Notes: generated from the sequence alone by a model not told the origin. A DNA stretch of 64,000 nt from Paraspadella gotoi (GCA_051294375.1 CM119271.1:13135039-13199038); one strand, 5' to 3'. Counted from the first letter of the stretch, positions 12,549 through 25,250 are shown. A program made the numbers and translations.

Positions 12549-14149
12549 GTCGGGGAAACTTAACTAATTTTTTATTAATTTTTTTTTTAGACTTTTATTA
12601 GCATTATTTAGCACTCTTTACTAAAAATTTCTTTTTTCACTCCGGATTCATCAGTCAGCAAGGATTTTTTTTTTTTGGTCATTTTTTTAGTTTTTTTGGG
12701 TTTTATAATCGATAATGGTTTAATTTCATTTTATACATTTAATTTTTTTTTCTTCTTCTTTAATAAATATTCACTCTTAATCTACGCCTACATTTATAAA
12801 TTTATAATAAAAGCTCAAATTCGTTTATTTTGTATTAAACATTGTCGCGCTAAGTCGAATTCGACTTGTACGATCTTATACCGCATGATATTCAACATTG
12901 TCACTATACTATTTTTTTAAATATTAAAAAAAAATGATGACATAAATCTTCTCGCTCCAAAGGCGGCTTTCCCATTTGCAGCCAAACATCCATCGAAATT
13001 TTTTTTTTTTTTTTTGCTAAATTCATNNNNNNNNNNNNNNNNNNNNNNNNNTTGCGCCTCACTCTAACAAGAGAGCCTAAACATTTGCCGAATTTAGAAA
13101 CCATCTTCACATAGTTATGGACTTCAGCTTAATGAAATATTATTATAATAGCNNNNNNNNNNNNNNNNNNNNNNNNNNNNNNNNNNNNNNNNNNNNNNNN
13201 NNNNNNNNNNNNNNNNNNNNNNNNNNNNNNNNNNNNNNNNNNNNNNNNNNNNNNNNNNNNNNNNNNNNNNNNNNNNNNNNNNNNNNNNNNNNNNNNNNNN
13301 NNNNNNNNNNNNNNNNNNNNNNNNNNNNNNNNNNNNNNNNNNNNNNNNNNNNNNNNNNNNNNNNNNNNNNNNNNNNNNNNNNNNCTCTCTCTGTGACTCA
13401 AATTCCTTCTGAGTAAATTTTGCTTTCGTTTCGTTTCTGCAGAATTAAAAAGAAAAGTTTTTTTTTCCTAGACAAAGATAGAGAATGAGTGGAATCGACG
13501 TCGTCGTCGTCGTCGTCGTAGTCGGGGTCAACGGGATTGTCGTCGTTGTTGTTATCGTAGAAGTCGTCGTCATCATCATCATCATCATCGTCATCATCAT
13601 CATCATNNNNNNNNNNNNNNNNNNNNNNNNNNNNNNNNNNNNNNNNNNNNNNNNNNNNNNNNNNNNNNNNNNNNNNNNNNNNNNNNNNNNNNNNNNNNNN
13701 NNNNNNNNNNNNNNNNNNNNNNNNNNNNNNNNNNNNNNNNNNNNNNNNNNNNNNNNNNNNNNNNNNNNNNNNNNNNNNNNNNNNNNNNNNNNNNNNNNNN
13801 NNNNNNNNNNNNNNNNNNNNNNNNNNNNNNNNNNNNNNNNNNNNNNNNNNNNNNNNNNNNNNNNNNNNNNNNNNNNNNNNNNNNNNNNNNNNNNNNNNAG
13901 GAGAAGGAGGAGGAAGAGGAGGGGGAAGAGGAGGAGGATGAGAAGGAAAAGAAAGAAGAGGAAGAGAAAAAAGAGGAAGAGGAGAATGAGGAGGAAGAGG
14001 AGGAGGAAGAGGGGGACGAGAAAAAAGAAAAAAAACCCCGACAAACGTTTTTTGCTCCCTTAAGTTTTCTCAATATTTTTCTTTTCACTTTTATTTCCAA
14101 GATTTAACTTTTTTTCCCCCGTCTCCTCGGAATTCAAAATTCTGTTCCC

Positions 14150-14290
14150 TTATTTAAACGAAAACGTTTTTTTTTTTTCGAATTTGAATTTTCCCGCGCG
14201 CGATTTCGATTTTCCCGCGTTTTTCCCCCCCACGAATCGCGTCGCATCCGTCGCGCGATGGTGGAACCGATTCAAAATGGCCGCCGATGC
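14150..14290 (+). promoter_or_regulatory. Putative promoter/5' region of the Kunitz/WAP gene
   Basis: tatttaaa at ~14151, two TTTCCCGCG (E2F-like) motifs, and CAAAATGGCCGCC (YY1-like) just before the signal-peptide ATG. Confidence 0.3.
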
Positions 14291-17200
14291 GACCGAAGGA
14301 TGTTGGGACATTTTTTATTCGCAATTTGTTTCTTGGCTTGTCTCTTATCCGCAGAGGCGGTCGATGAAACGTGAGTTTGGAAAATTATAATCGGGAATTT
14401 TTTAAAAAGTTAAATAATTATATTCTAATAATTAATTACTTAAATGATATTAAATTATGTTTCGAAAATGGCAAAACAATATAAAATGTTTTTTCAAACG
14501 ATAAAAATTAATTATTAATTATTAACTATTGTTTGTTAAAGCTCTTGAAAGACAATTTAAATAAATATATAAGATTCTTCCGTTTCGTATTTGATGGCAG
14601 ATACCGTTGCCACCAACCGGGACCGATCAAAGGCGATTGCAACTCCGCCGTCCCCAGTTGGTTCCACGACGCCTCCAAAGGAGCCTGCGTCCCTTTCTCC
14701 TACAGCGGTTGCCACGGCAACGCCAACCGTTTCTCCTCTCATTCCGCCTGCGAGTCTCTCTGCAAGGGCGTCACCATTCGCCTGCCGAATCTCCGACCAG
14801 GCGCCTGCTTGTCCTTTCCCAGCCTGCCGCTGCCGACCCCTTGGGGCTTCTGCACCCACATGTGCGCGCATTTCGACGACGCCTCGTGCCCGTCGGGGCA
14901 AAAGTGTTGCTTCAACGGCTGCGGCTTCCAATGCGTACATCCGGGAGCGGGCGTTTGGGCGAGAAAGGCGGGCAGGTGTCCGACTGGGTCGCGTAGAGGC
15001 AGCTTGACGCCCTGCATGTCGGACATCTCTTGCGACGGGCGTGAGAAATGCTGCGGGGAAGAAGGGGAGTCGGTGTGCTCATTGCCGATGAAGGATGCGG
15101 ACGATCGACTCGAGGAACAGACCACTACATCAACCACATCAACAACGAGGGCAACTACAACATCAAGTTCTCCAGGCGACGTCATCTGCCCGCTCATCGC
15201 CTACCGCAGTTGCGACGGCGTTTCCTCCAAGGTGTTCATGAAAATTAAAATTAATTAAAATTAATACTACATCGGTATTCATTGTGTCAAAATATTTTTT
15301 TCCGGCAAAAATGTTTCAAACAATGGGTAGTTAGTTAATTCAAATTATCATATTACTAAGAAATTGGTAATGCGTAAATGTTTTTAATTTAAAAAAAAAT
15401 TGATTTAGATAATGGTTGAAAATATATTTACTATTTTTTTAAAACTAAAACTAAATATTAGCAAAAACTGTTAAAAATCATTCTGCGATGATGATAATGA
15501 TTTTTTTGTAAGAATTTTTTTAATAAAAAAAGAATTTGATTTATTTTCATACAACTTTTTATGGTTATTTCAATCTGCCTTTCAAAATATAAAAATTAAC
15601 TTTTCTTACTTCCATTAAAAATTAATATTACAAAATTGTTTACTCGGGTACATAGTTCATTTAGAAAATTTTAATCGATTGAAAGTTTTTCTCAGAAATG
15701 TATGTATAAATTTCAAAGGATCTCTGCTTCACCGACTCCGACTGCTCCGCCGCGCCGGCGACCAAATGCTGCTTCGACGGCTGCCGACGCAGCTGCCTCG
15801 AGGGCTACTTCGTGCCGCGACCCGGCGCTTCTTCGTCCTCGCCGGCGCCGTCGACGACCGGTTCCGGGACGCGGCAGAACCCCAACGGCCTCAGCCCTTA
15901 CAAAATCTTCGGTTGGTGCCCTTACCCGCCCAAGTGCCCTCACTCTGGTCGACCTTTCTTTCGCTGCAGCTTGGATTCCGAATGCGGATTCAAAGAGAAA
16001 TGCTGCTTCACTGGCTGCGGATACGAATGCGCGGCTCCGCAGCTGCCGGACTTTTTGCTGCGGTCGACGATGCGGCCGAAGACGAAGACGACGCAGAAGA
16101 TAACGACGACGCCGACGACGACGACGAAGAAAACGACGACGGCGAAAAATACGGCGACGACGAAACCGACGAAGACGACGACGACGACGACGAATTATAG
16201 TCCATCAATCACCACGAAGCCGACAAAGGCGACGACAACGACGTCGAAGCCGACAACAACAAAAACCACACAGACATCACCGAAGACGACAACAAAGCCG
16301 ACAACGATGACGACGAAGCCGACAACGACGAAAACGACGACGAACTCCGTTCCTAAAATCACCACGTCATCCGCAGCAACGATGACGACTTCTCCTGCAT
16401 CGACAACGACAACAAAGCCTTCATCGACTTCGTCCTCAACGTCCGAGGATTCTCTCTCCTCGCTGATCAAGCCAGGATTTTGCCGGCGCAAGAGAGATCG
16501 TTGCAACGGTCACGGCGGCCCCAGCGACGGCGCCACCTTCTTCTATCTGGCCTGCAAAGACGACACCCACTGCTTCGGCGACCGAAAGTGTTGTTTCGAC
16601 GGTTGCGGCTACGCCTGCCAACGGCCCGTCGGGGACTTGGCTCAGGCCGGGCGAGTCGTGAGAAAGGAAGGCAGCTGCCCGGCGCGGACGGCGTCCAACG
16701 CGCCCGTGCGGCTCTGCAGCTTAGACGGAGATTGCGGCGGANNNNNNNNNNGCTGCGAGACGATGGCGGGTCGGGAGTGTCTCGAGCCGAGAGGCTTCGG
16801 AGGCGCGGACGAGCCGTTGGGGGAGTTGGTCGGTCGGTCGATAGATCCAGATTGGGCGCAAAGAGGGGCGCTGGATGCTTGGGGCATGGGCCACGCCCAC
16901 TGTCGCATAGAGGGAGTCGGAGCCAAGGGTCTTCTCTATCTCTTCGACGCGCCGTTCGGTCCTTCGGCGAAGGGGGCGCCGTGGTCCGTCCACTCGAGGG
17001 TGATGCTCCGAGATCTGCCCGTGAAAGTCGGCGGCTTCGTCGGCGATAGGACGCCCTTCGATCTGGAGTTGCTCGACGCTTCCAACGCGGCGTCGGGATG
17101 TTTGGCGGCGACGCCGTTGAAGACCGCTTCGGGCGGGGCGTTGGGAAGAGTGTTCGCGGATCGAGTCGGGAATGTGGACGGCGCCACGCCTCCAGTCTTT

Positions 17201-18055
17201 GATGACGTGACTCTGATGGACGGACACGAGGGGAACTCGTTTAAGGTTTTGGAGGGAGGTGGCCGGGTGGAGGGGAGGGAGAGAAAGAAAGCGAGAAATA
17301 CAGAAGGAAAGAAAGAAAAAAAAAGATAAGTCAAGAAAAGAGAAAGACTTGAATGAACAAATTAATCTGCTACGGATATAGAAGCATAAAAAGGACAAAA
17401 ACAAAGTTGTATTAAAGAAACTAAGAAAGGATAAAACGGGCGAGCGGATTCTGCGGTGATGCTGCACGGCGGTGATTCGAAAGAGTTTCGCTCCCTCATT
17501 TGAAGTTCGAGTCGAATAGAGCTGATATTGACTGGGAAGCTCTGGGAGTGAATAAACGAGATTGTGAAATAGTCTTGATTGAAAGCTTGCAAGGTCCTCC
17601 GTCCTGCTATGTTATTATCTTGTAACATGGATGGAGGCCTTAAACTACCATGGCCTGACCAAAGTCAGGGGCAAGATAGCTTTTATATTCGTTGTACGAA
17701 TTTCATTAATTTTAGGAATTAAGGAACGGAAATGGGCGGTTTTTGGAAAAAAGAGTCGAAGACAATAATCTTTTTTTCCCTTTACTTCATCCAGACTAAC
17801 GTCGTGGGCCGAGTCGTCGCCGTGACGGTTCCCGGCAGCCGACAACGTCTCGGCTGCTGCCGGATCGAGAAATGCCGGCACGCCTGTTGCCAAGGGCCGG
17901 TGGCCGGAAGATGCCGGGCCCTCGTCCCCAGATTCTATTACAATTGGGTCAGCGGGAAATGTTTCAAGTTTTTCTACGGCGGCTGCGATGGACAGAAGAA
18001 TAATTTCCAAACGGAGATGGAATGTTTGAAAAAGTGTAGAGGGTACAAACCTTGA
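14287..18055 (+). CDS. Secreted multidomain protease-inhibitor-like protein: signal peptide, Kunitz, six WAP/WAP-like domains with Thr-rich linkers, degenerate Cu/Zn-SOD-like domain, Kunitz. Exons 14287-14370, 14601-15231, 15719-17245, 17795-18055
   Basis: Kunitz motifs C..GDC..WFHD..C..F.YSGC.GNANRF....C...C and GRCRA..RFYY...KC..FFYGGC..KNNF....C...C. WAP motifs [23 protein letters not shown]. Intron phases 2/0/0 are consistent. Exon 1 needs one T removed from a T-run. Confidence 0.9.
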
Positions 18056-20164
18056 GAAACTTAACTAATTTTAATTAATTTTTTTTAGACTTTTATTAGC
18101 ATTATTTAGCACTCTTTACTAAAATTTCTTTTTTCACTCTATTCATCAGTCACGAGAATTTTTTTTTTCTTGTCATTTTTAGTTTTTTGGGTTTTAATCG
18201 ATTAATTGTTTAATTTCATTTTTATTCATTTAATTTTTCTCTCTTTCTTTAATAAATATTCACTCTTAATCTACGCCTACAATTTAAATTTATAAGAAAA
18301 AGCTCATTCGTTTCTTTTGTTTAAACATTGTCGCGCTAGTCGAATTCGCTTGTACGATCTTATACCGCATGATATTCACATTGTCACTATACTATTTTTT
18401 TAATATAAAAANNNNNNNNNNNNNNNNNNNNNNNNNNNNNNNNNNNNNNNNNNNNNNNNNNNNNNNNNNNNNNNNNNNNNNNNNNNNNNNNNNNNNNNNN
18501 NNNNNNNNNNNNNNNNNNNNNNNNNNNNNNNNNNNNNNNNNNNNNNNNNNNNNNNNNNNNNNNNNNNNNNNNNNNNNNNNNNNNNNNNNNNNNNNNNNNN
18601 NNNNNNNNNNNNNNNNNNNNNNNNNNNNNNNNNNNNNNNNNNNNNNNNNNNNNNNGAGAGAGAGAGAGAGAGAGAGACGGAAGTTGAATAGAAAGAGGGG
18701 GAGAGAGAGGGTTGAATGGGAGAGAGAGTTGGAAAGGATTTANNNNNNNNNNNNNNNNNNNNNNNNNNNNNNNNNNNNNNNNNNNNNNNNNNNNNNNNNN
18801 NNNNNNNNNNNNNNNNNNNNNNNNNNNNNNNNNNNNNNNNNNNNNNNNNNNNNNNNNNNNNNNNNNNNNNNNNNNNNNNNNNNNNNNNNNNNNNNNNNNN
18901 NNNNNNNNNNNNNNNNNNNNNNNNNNNNNNNNNNNNNNNNNNNNNNNNNNNNNNNNNNNNNNNNNNNNNNNNNNNNNNNNNNNNNNNNNNNNNNNNNNNN
19001 NNNNNNNNNNNNNNNNNNNNNNNNNNNNNNNNNNNNNNNNNNNNNNNNNNNNNNNNNNNNNNNNNNNNNNNNNNNNNNNNNNNNNNNNNNNNNNNNNNNN
19101 NNNNNNNNNNNNNNNNNNNNNNNNNNNNNNNNNNNNNNNNNNNNNNNNNNNNNNNNNNNNNNNNNNNNNNNNNNNNNNNNNNNNNNNNNNNNNNNNNNNN
19201 NNNNNNNNNNNNNNNNNNNNNNNNNNNNNNNNNNNNNNNNNNNNNNNNNNNNNNNNNNNNNNNNNNNNNNNNNNNNNNNNNNNNNNNNNNNNNNNNNNNN
19301 NNNNNNNNNNNNNNNNNNNNNNNNNNNNNNNNNNNNNNNNNNNNNNNNNNNNNNNNNNNNNNNNNNNNNNNNNNNNNNNNNNNNNNNNNNNNNNNNNNNN
19401 NNNNNNNNNNNNNNNNNNNNNNNNNNNNNNNNNNNNNNNNNNNNNNNNNNNNNNNNNNNNNNNNNNNNNNNNNGGCGAAAACTCTGGAACCCTAACCTTG
19501 ACACCCGAAGACTTTTGGCTTTCGGTCTTTTTACTTAAAAAAAAACTCGATCTTCGAAAATATATTTTTCGAAAATATATTTTTGAGAAAAAGAAAAAAA
19601 ACGAAAAAAAAGAAAAAAATCCCATCCGAAGAGAAATTTGTTGATAGAAAAAACGTAGAGAAATGAGAGAGGGATAGACGAGGAGAGAGAGAGAAGAGAG
19701 GAGAGAGAGAGAGACGAGAGAGAGAGAGAGAGAGGAGAAGAGAGAGAGCAGAGAGAGAGAGAGAGAGGAAANNNNNNNNNNNNNNNNNNNNNNNNNNNNN
19801 NNNGAAAGATAGAGTGGGATGGTGTGAAAAAACGAAGAGTCAAACAAGAAAAAATATATTTATTTAGGATCTGTTTGATGTAGAAAGATTCAAAGGGTAA
19901 AAACTGTTTTTTTTTATTGAAAGTTAAAATGAAAAGTATGATTTTTGATTTGCAATCTGCTTGATTTTCATTGGTCAGTTTAAGTGCATTAACTTCCCCT
20001 GCCAAGCAATGTTTTTGATATAAGGTTTTTTTTAAAATCAAATTAGATCGACTGATTTTCTGTCCTCAAGTTTATATAAAAAGAAATCGTCTGCCAACTT
20101 GTTTTATTTACTACGTATTTGTATTGATAAAACTATTGATAAACAAACAAAAAGGCAATCACTT

Positions 20165-20398
20165 CAAATCTCCCGCCCTCTAGCGAAGAGTTCCACGACT
20201 CTGACGAGGCATTCCATCTGCTCCAGCGACTCGACGATCCCTGGCTTCGCCTCCCTCGCGGCCAAGACGCTCCAGGCCCAGTCGAAGAGCCTCTCCGCCG
20301 TATAACGCTGCAGGAGGTTGAAGGCGACAGCGTAGAAGCCGCTGGAGCCGCAGCCGTCGCGGCAGTGGACGAGGAAGGGTCGGTCGGGGGAGTTGGAC
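20165..20398 (-). pseudogene. Second copy of the receptor-PTP terminal exon within a duplicated block (19474-20587 = 26132-27190)
   Basis: Near-identical to 26750-26983; block is bounded by N gaps. Confidence 0.75.
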
Positions 20399-20619
20399 TG
20401 GAGGATGTGTTTGAGAGCGGGAGTTTTAAGATTTGATCAAATGATTTAATAGTTACAGAAATAAATAAATGAACAAACAAAAAAAAATAAATAAATGAAT
20501 AAATAAATAAATAAAAAAGATAATAACATAAATAAATAAGTAAATAAATTACCTAATAAATAAATAAGGCTAACAAAAACAGAAAGAAAGAAAAAACAAT
20601 ACAAAAANNNNNNNNNNTT

Positions 20620-20935
20620 TTGGCATCGGAAGGGGTGTCATGAACAGCGGTGGTATTAAAAGTAATGGCATCGAAGGCGGTGCCATCTGAAGTGATGGCA
20701 TTCGAAGCAATTCCATTGAACGCAAGCGAAGGAATATAGATATAAAGAATATATAATATAAAGTAATGTATTTTGAAGCGATGGCATGAGAAGCTGTTCT
20801 ATCGGTCTGATCTGAGAGGTTCTATCTGAAGCGGTTGTATCTGAAGGGTTGGCATTGGAAGCGTTTAATCATATATATGTAAATTCAAAGGCCAATGGCA
20901 TCAGAAGCCATGGCACCAGAATCAAACGGCATCCA
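20620..20935. repeat. Degenerate ~15-bp minisatellite (tggcatctgaagcgg); second copy at ~25754-26055
   Basis: Recurring ggcatc.gaag at roughly 15-nt period. Confidence 0.7.
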
Positions 20936-21009
20936 AAGAACTTCGCTCTAATTCGTTGGTTCCACCTTCTTTGGGACGAGACATTTTCGGTTCGGGTTCC
21001 ATCTCCCCG

Positions 21010-24000
21010 GAACCGGCGAAAAAAGAGAGAGATCCTAAACTACCCAGTAGCTACTTTTTCTTATCAGGAAAAAGTTTTATTAGAGTTTATTTGTAGTTTA
21101 TTAGCCATCCTTAATTTCCAACAGGTGAGGGCCGTTGCCGAGGTCCAAGGATTCTACAGGGAGATTTGGGCATAGTTCCTCTATGATTCCTGAGTCCTTA
21201 GGTCCGCTGGTCTTGGCTGGGGCGCAAGTTGTTCTTCTTTCTTCTTGAGGTCCGCTGATACTGCCGCCCAGAAGCCCCTTGTTACACTCCTTTTTATAGA
21301 AAAACCTAGCCTATCCCTTCCTTCCTCGATCTACATAAAATAGAGCATCTCATTGGTGCAAGGTGCCTAAGGAACCTTGATACCGCCTTTGAGGACCCTC
21401 AAGCTTCCTCTCTCTCCTATTGCTGAGGGCTGGTGGTATCTGAGATGCTCTCTTTCCTCCCTCTCTTCTTGCTGAGGTTGAAGTTGTCATTTGGTTCTTC
21501 ATGTTTTCCCCGCAACTTCCTCATTAGATGATCTAATGCTGAGATAGCCTGACATAGCAGAGGAGTGACTGAGAAACTTGCTCAGTTTGTACGCTATGCT
21601 TCCGTTCCTACCTCAGGTAGGTGAGCAGGGGTGAGCAGACCTAGCTCAGGTACCCTCTCTCTTACTTTCTAACCTGTAGGTTGCCTGAGCAAGGGCGAGG
21701 AGACAAGCGAGAACCTGCTCTCTTCTTCCTAATCTCTTAGGTTCTGACTAGGCGAGAAGACTAAGCTCAGGACCTCTCTCTTCCTACCTTCCTATCTTAA
21801 GTTGCTGAGAGATGCCCTAGCCTCGTTAACATCCATCCCCGACACCGGTTTTGGTCCCCAAAACTAAAAAGACCATATGGACTTGGCACGGCACCTGCTA
21901 CAAAAAAATTTTCATTTCAACAATAAAAAGAAAGAAATTACAAGAGACAATGTCAGCAATCTATGAGGTAAGTGACAGAATTCAAGTAACTACAGAAGGA
22001 TACTTGAATATGTATCAAATCAAATAAAAATCAGAATCTTTTCACAGAATTGACGGAGTTTTTCTCATTTTTCCCCATGGATTGCTTGAATTGATAAAAT
22101 CTTCTGAGACTGGCTTCTCCCCGACCATAGATCTCAAAGGTGAATTTATAGATTTTCAACATCCTTGATATGAGAATTTTTCTTTTTTCTCAACACTGCA
22201 GACTTCCTCAATGGTGCTCTCCTTGACCAGAATGTTGGAAATGGATGATAAACTCCCCGACCAGTGATTTTCCAGATGATTTTGGCTCAGATTGATGAGA
22301 TGGGACTCTTGTTGTCCAATTAATCCTTGTTGTTTAGTTAGTGCTCTGAAGCAGTCTCTTCCCCGACCAGGGTTTTGTTCACAATGAAAAGATTTTAATT
22401 TTGTTGGTTCTGCTTGATCAGAATAGGTCCATGTGAAGAAATTTTGGATTTGATTTCTTTAGTGATTTCTCCCCCGACGCAAAATTCTGTAGTAGTGAAT
22501 CCTTAAAAAGAGTTTTTCCACAGTGAGAGAGAATTTTAGTTTATTTTCTTGCTGAAGTAGTTCCTTTTGAGGAATGAAATTCGATTGTGAATGAGTTCAG
22601 ATATCTTTTTGATAACCGTTGAGAGCAATTTTTTAGATCCTAAAGCCTTTCTTTGAGGGCTTTCCTCTCTCCTTTATTTCCAAGTTTCAGATTATTTCCA
22701 ATTAATTCTCTTTGATGTGCGTCCTTGAGATCGCGAAATTTGTTTTCAGTGTTTATTTTTATTTGTATTTATTTATTTTTTCTATTTTTGTGGTGACGTC
22801 ACTGGCGTCATTGTTTCACTTAATATCTCTCTTCTGGATGGCAATACACTTTAATTTTAACTTCATCGCGCCCATCAGGTTGTCACTGACACTGGATTTT
22901 AAATTTTGATGATAACTTTAATCTCAGTCCAGGCTCCACGGGCCGAAAATTCACACTTGGCCAATGAATTTTCCTCCAGAACCACCTGCGTCAGGGAATT
23001 TAATAATTGTTAAGTTTCCAAAACATCCATGTCTTGACCACCAAAGATGAAACAACCATACTTAGCATAACAAATCAAACGTTGATGGAAAGGTTGCTCA
23101 GATGGAGAATCGCAGGATGGGCCCTTCCCAACGAAATCCAGTGACTCCTTAATCCTACCACCAACAAAAGGTTGATTACACTTTTTCTTATTATTTTTTT
23201 TTTTTTTTTTCAACATTGCGCTGGAGTATTTTCTGTAAATTAAACGCGCTTGCCGTAAACATATTTTTAATTTTTAGAGAGAGACGTTGTAAAAAAATAT
23301 TTTAATTTCTTCACACAAGTTTCCCCGATATTCTCCTTATTTTTTCATTTTTCGTTTTTAAAAGATGTTTATTTCAGATTCAATTTTGATTTTATTTTAG
23401 AATTTTACAATTTTTACATTCAAAGCCAAATATACGAGACAAATCGAAATCCACGGAGTCCGATGGGTGCTATTCGCAGTAGCGATCAATCCTTTCTCAG
23501 CTTTTGGTCAGAGCTGACGATCGACGAGGAAAGATGATTCCCTATTTCATTTTTCGGCGGCAGCAAAGAGACGTCTAAAGCCTAATGGTTTCCTTTCGTT
23601 GGCGTCCATGGTTTAGGATTTAGAAAGAAGTAAAACAACTTGAGTAAGAAAATATGTTTAAAAACGGATAATCACGATCTTGGAGTTTCTGCTTTTTGGT
23701 TTTCAGAGAAAAAATTCTCAGGTGTAAATATTATGTCATGCTTTTTAAAATTTTAAATTTAAACGGTTTAGTTTTCTACCGTTTAGCGTCAAATAAAGAT
23801 TGCCTTTTAAAAAGAAGGTTGAGATTTTCTGGATGCCTTTTTTTTTTTCAGTGTGGAAAAACAAAAGATTTGACCGTGGCTAAATGCGAATCTTTCAATC
23901 ATAATGGTTTTAATTTTTCTCCTAATTTTGAAATTGGGATTTTGAAAGATAATATTTCTGATTTAATTTTAACTCCATTTTAGTTTTCAAATTCAGTTCC

Positions 24001-24919
24001 TGTTTCCATTAAAAATACAGACTCCAGCGTACTGAGTTTTGTTTTCCTGTAATTCCTCGGGGTCGTGGGTTCGAGCCCCACATTGGGCGCCAGATGTTGC
24101 GGATTTCCGGGCCGCAAAAAGAAGAATTCAATCCTACAACCTACAAAGTAGCTACTTTTCTTATCAGGAAAAACGTTTATTAGAGTTTTATTTGTAGTTA
24201 GTGTAGCTCTTTATTTTCCAACATGGAGGGCCGTCTGCTCAAGGCAGGATTTTCCTATCCAGGGAGATTTGGGCATAAGTTCCTCTATGACCTGAGTCCT
24301 TAGGTTCCGCTGGTCTTGCTGGGCGCAGTTGTTCGTTCTTTATTTCTTGGAGGGCCGCTGAACTGCCCCCAGAAGCACTTGTTACACCCTCTTATATAGA
24401 AAAACCTAGCCACCCTCCTCCTCATCTACATAAGAGCATCTCATTGGTGCATAGGCTAAGGAACGAGTACCCCTTGAGGAACGCTCAGCTTCTCCTCTCT
24501 CTTCCATTGGCTGAGGCTGTGGTATCTGAGACTCTCTTTCCATCCTCATCTCTCTTTGCTGAGGTGTGCAAGCTTGTCATTGGTTCTTCTGTTTTCCCGC
24601 CAACTTCTCATATAGATGCATCTAGTGCTGAGATAGCCTGACATGAGCAGAGGAAGTGACGAGAAAACTTGCTCAGGTACCTATCCGTCCTTCCTATACC
24701 TCAGTAGGTGAGCAGTGGTGAGCAGACTAGCTCAGGTCCTCTCTCTTGACTTACTAACCTAGGTTGCTGAGCGGGGGCAGGAGACAAGCTGAGGAAGCCT
24801 CTCTCTTCCTTCTAATCTCTTGAGGTTTTGCTGAGCAGGGGCAGAAGACTAGCTCAGGTACCTCTCCTCTTCCTTCCTATCCTTAAGTTGCTGAAAAGAG
24901 ATCCCTAGCCTGCGTAACA
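21010..24919 (-). mobile_element. Non-autonomous/degenerate LTR retroelement (~3.9 kb): 5' LTR 24095-24919, PBS 24060-24092, ~2.2 kb internal region, PPT 21832-21840, 3' LTR ~21010-21831
   Basis: Two ~820-bp direct repeats. TGTTGCG..CGTAACA termini. On the minus strand TGGCGCCCAATGTGGGGC (tRNA-Lys PBS) lies 2 nt after the LTR and GGGGATGGA abuts the other LTR. TATATAA (~24395), AATAAA (~24180) and ~60-bp U3 repeats lie inside the LTR. No RT or integrase is recognisable. Confidence 0.88.
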
Positions 24920-25217
24920 TCGTTCCGCTAGTCCGAATTCGCTTGTACGATCTTATACCGCATGATATTCACATTGTCACCTATACTATTTTTTTAATAT
25001 AAAAATGTGACATAAATCTTCTCGCTCCAAAGGCGGCCTTTCCAATTTCGCGCCAAACATCCATCGAAATTTTTTTTTTTTTGGCAAATTCATCCTTTTA
25101 TGATATTTGAGTTGTTGGAGAAGAGTCGGAATTATCGAGAGAGAGAGATGAGAGAGAGAGAAGAGAAGAGAGAGAAGAGAGAGAAGAGAGAAGAGAGAGG
25201 AGAGAGAGAGAGAGACA

Positions 25218-25250
<33 letters not shown>

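Noticed and set aside
24020-24092. tRNA-Lys gene
   Set aside because: Only the 3' 33 nt match, CCA is encoded, there is no D-arm or A box, and it abuts an LTR, so it is a PBS.
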